A stretch of 5,910 nt of DNA. Origin: an uncultured archaeon (lineage in GTDB: Archaea; Asgardarchaeota; Lokiarchaeia; Sigyniarchaeales; Promethearchaeaceae). Position numbers and translations under genes: made by a program. Below are positions 4,631 to 5,910 of the stretch, one piece after another. The stretch spans positions 1 to 5,910 of the forward strand of contig CAYRPF010000119.1 in NCBI GenBank assembly GCA_964426185.1. Reading direction: 5' to 3'. Numbering within the stretch: position 1 is the first letter of the stretch; every line of letters starts with the position of its first letter. The notes under the pieces are model-generated. The model saw nothing but the letters and a program-made list of their open reading frames with translations, was not told the origin of the DNA and ran no database searches.

Positions 4631-5910
4631 ATGAATCTAATGAACGATATTTTTGAAGCCGATTCTGAAATTGCTGATTTAATCTTAAAAGAATTAAAAC
4701 GACAAGAAGAAGGAATCGAATTAATTCCTTCTGAAAATTATACCTATCGAGCCGTTTTACAAGCAGTAGGCAGTGTTTTTACCAATAAATACTCTGAAGG
4801 TTATCCTAAAAAGCGTTATTATGGCGGGAATGAAGTAGTCGATGAAGTTGAACAAATTGCAATTGATCGTGCAAAGAAACTTTTTGGTGCCGAACATGTC
4901 AATGTCCAGCCCTATTCAGGTTCTCCCGCCAATCAAGCAGTCTATTTTGCACTGCTTAACTTAAAAGATAAATACTTAGGTTTTAATCTCACATCTGGTG
5001 GCCATTTAACCCACGGAAGTCATGTAAACTTCTCCGGTAAAAATTATACATGCGTTTCCTATGATGTAGATCCCAAAACTGAAATGCTTGACATGGACCA
5101 AGTCCGTAAATTAGCCCTTAAAGAAAAACCTAAGATGATTATCTCGGGCTTGACTGCATATCCTAGAGCCATTGATTTTAAAGCATTTCAAGAAATATGT
5201 GAAGAAGTAAATGCTTATCAGCTGGCAGATATTTCTCATATTGCTGGATTGGTGGCCGGTGGGGCCCATATGAGTCCAGTTCCCTATGCTGATGTAGTAA
5301 CCACAACTACTCATAAAAGTTTGCGGGGACCTCGTGGAGCTATTATCATGTGCAAAACCGAAGATCGATTACACGATTTATATCACTCAAATTCCAAGAA
5401 AAATTTAGCCCAATTAATTGATTCAGCCGTTTTTCCTGGATTACAAGGTGGACCTCATGATCATGTGACAGCAGCTAAAGCCATTACTTTCAAAGAGGCA
5501 ATGAAACCGGAATTCAAAGAATATGCCCAGCAAATTGTCAAAAATGCAAAAGCTCTCGCTGAAGAATTAATGGCGTTGGATATCAAACTGGTTTCCAATG
5601 GAACTGATAATCATCTGATCTTGATCGATTTACGGCCAGATGGATTAACCGGGGAAGGAAAATTAATCCAAAATGCTTTAGATTTGGCAGGAATTACCAC
5701 AAACAAGAACACCGTACCCTACGAACCATCTACCCCATTTAATCCCTCCGGAATTCGATTGGGAACTCCAGCAGTTTCCAGTCGTGGCATGAAAGAATCT
5801 GAAATGAAGGTAATCGCCTCCGGAATTGCCCGTGTAATTAAATCTAAAGGGGATAAATCGGTTTGTGCCAAAGTGCACGAAGAAATTTTGGAGTTAACCA
5901 AACAATTCCC
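4631..5910 (+). CDS. glyA: Serine hydroxymethyltransferase (PLP-dependent, bacterial type); 3' end just beyond the window
   Basis: Hand translation from ATG 4631 is open to the window end. Motifs: [66 protein letters not shown] (PLP lysine codon at 5315-5317), [31 protein letters not shown]; the visible part ends LTKQF(P). SD-like AGAGGT lies at 4618-4623. ATG 4640 is an alternative start. Confidence 0.98.
   Translation, partial: MNLMNDIFEADSEIADLILKELKRQEEGIELIPSENYTYRAVLQAVGSVFTNKYSEGYPKKRYYGGNEVVDEVEQIAIDRAKKLFGAEHVNVQPYSGSPANQAVYFALLNLKDKYLGFNLTSGGHLTHGSHVNFSGKNYTCVSYDVDPKTEMLDMDQVRKLALKEKPKMIISGLTAYPRAIDFKAFQEICEEVNAYQLADISHIAGLVAGGAHMSPVPYADVVTTTTHKSLRGPRGAIIMCKTEDRLHDLYHSNSKKNLAQLIDSAVFPGLQGGPHDHVTAAKAITFKEAMKPEFKEYAQQIVKNAKALAEELMALDIKLVSNGTDNHLILIDLRPDGLTGEGKLIQNALDLAGITTNKNTVPYEPSTPFNPSGIRLGTPAVSSRGMKESEMKVIASGIARVIKSKGDKSVCAKVHEEILELTKQF

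Noticed and set aside
5111-5901. Three short minus-strand ORFs (5111-5314, 5678-5878, 5719-5901)
   Set aside because: All are antisense to the clearly conserved glyA frame.
1-5910. CRISPR array, tRNA/rRNA or IS element
   Set aside because: No regularly spaced repeats, cloverleaf or transposase motifs. Intergenic gaps are short (161, 107 and about 244 nt) and the rest is accounted for by CDSs.

Overview
AT-rich, intron-free prokaryotic window, most likely archaeal. DRG-family GTPases occur in archaea and eukaryotes, and Shine-Dalgarno-like motifs are present. An Asgard/Lokiarchaeia origin is my inference only. The minus strand carries, in transcription order: a DRG/RBG1-type OBG-family GTPase, two tandem paralogous 464-aa membrane GT2 glycosyltransferases of the cellulose-synthase-like D,D,D,QxxRW type, and the 5' end of a probable SPFH/flotillin-like membrane protein that runs off the left edge. 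The plus strand carries a divergent, bacterial-type serine hydroxymethyltransferase (glyA) that runs off the right edge and is missing from the supplied ORF track. Most notable observations: (1) the DRG gene's conserved N-terminus lies upstream of the called ORF and has no ATG/GTG/TTG start; a strong AGGAGG points to an ATC start at 4386. (2) A 32-bp near-perfect palindrome sits just upstream of the GT2 pair. (3) A perfect 9-nt SD precedes a Met-Tyr-Lys-stop minigene upstream of glyA. (4) Both DRG (ARTQKNKAT) and SHMT (a flap-like insertion) show eukaryote-like features. I found no RNA genes, CRISPR arrays or mobile elements.
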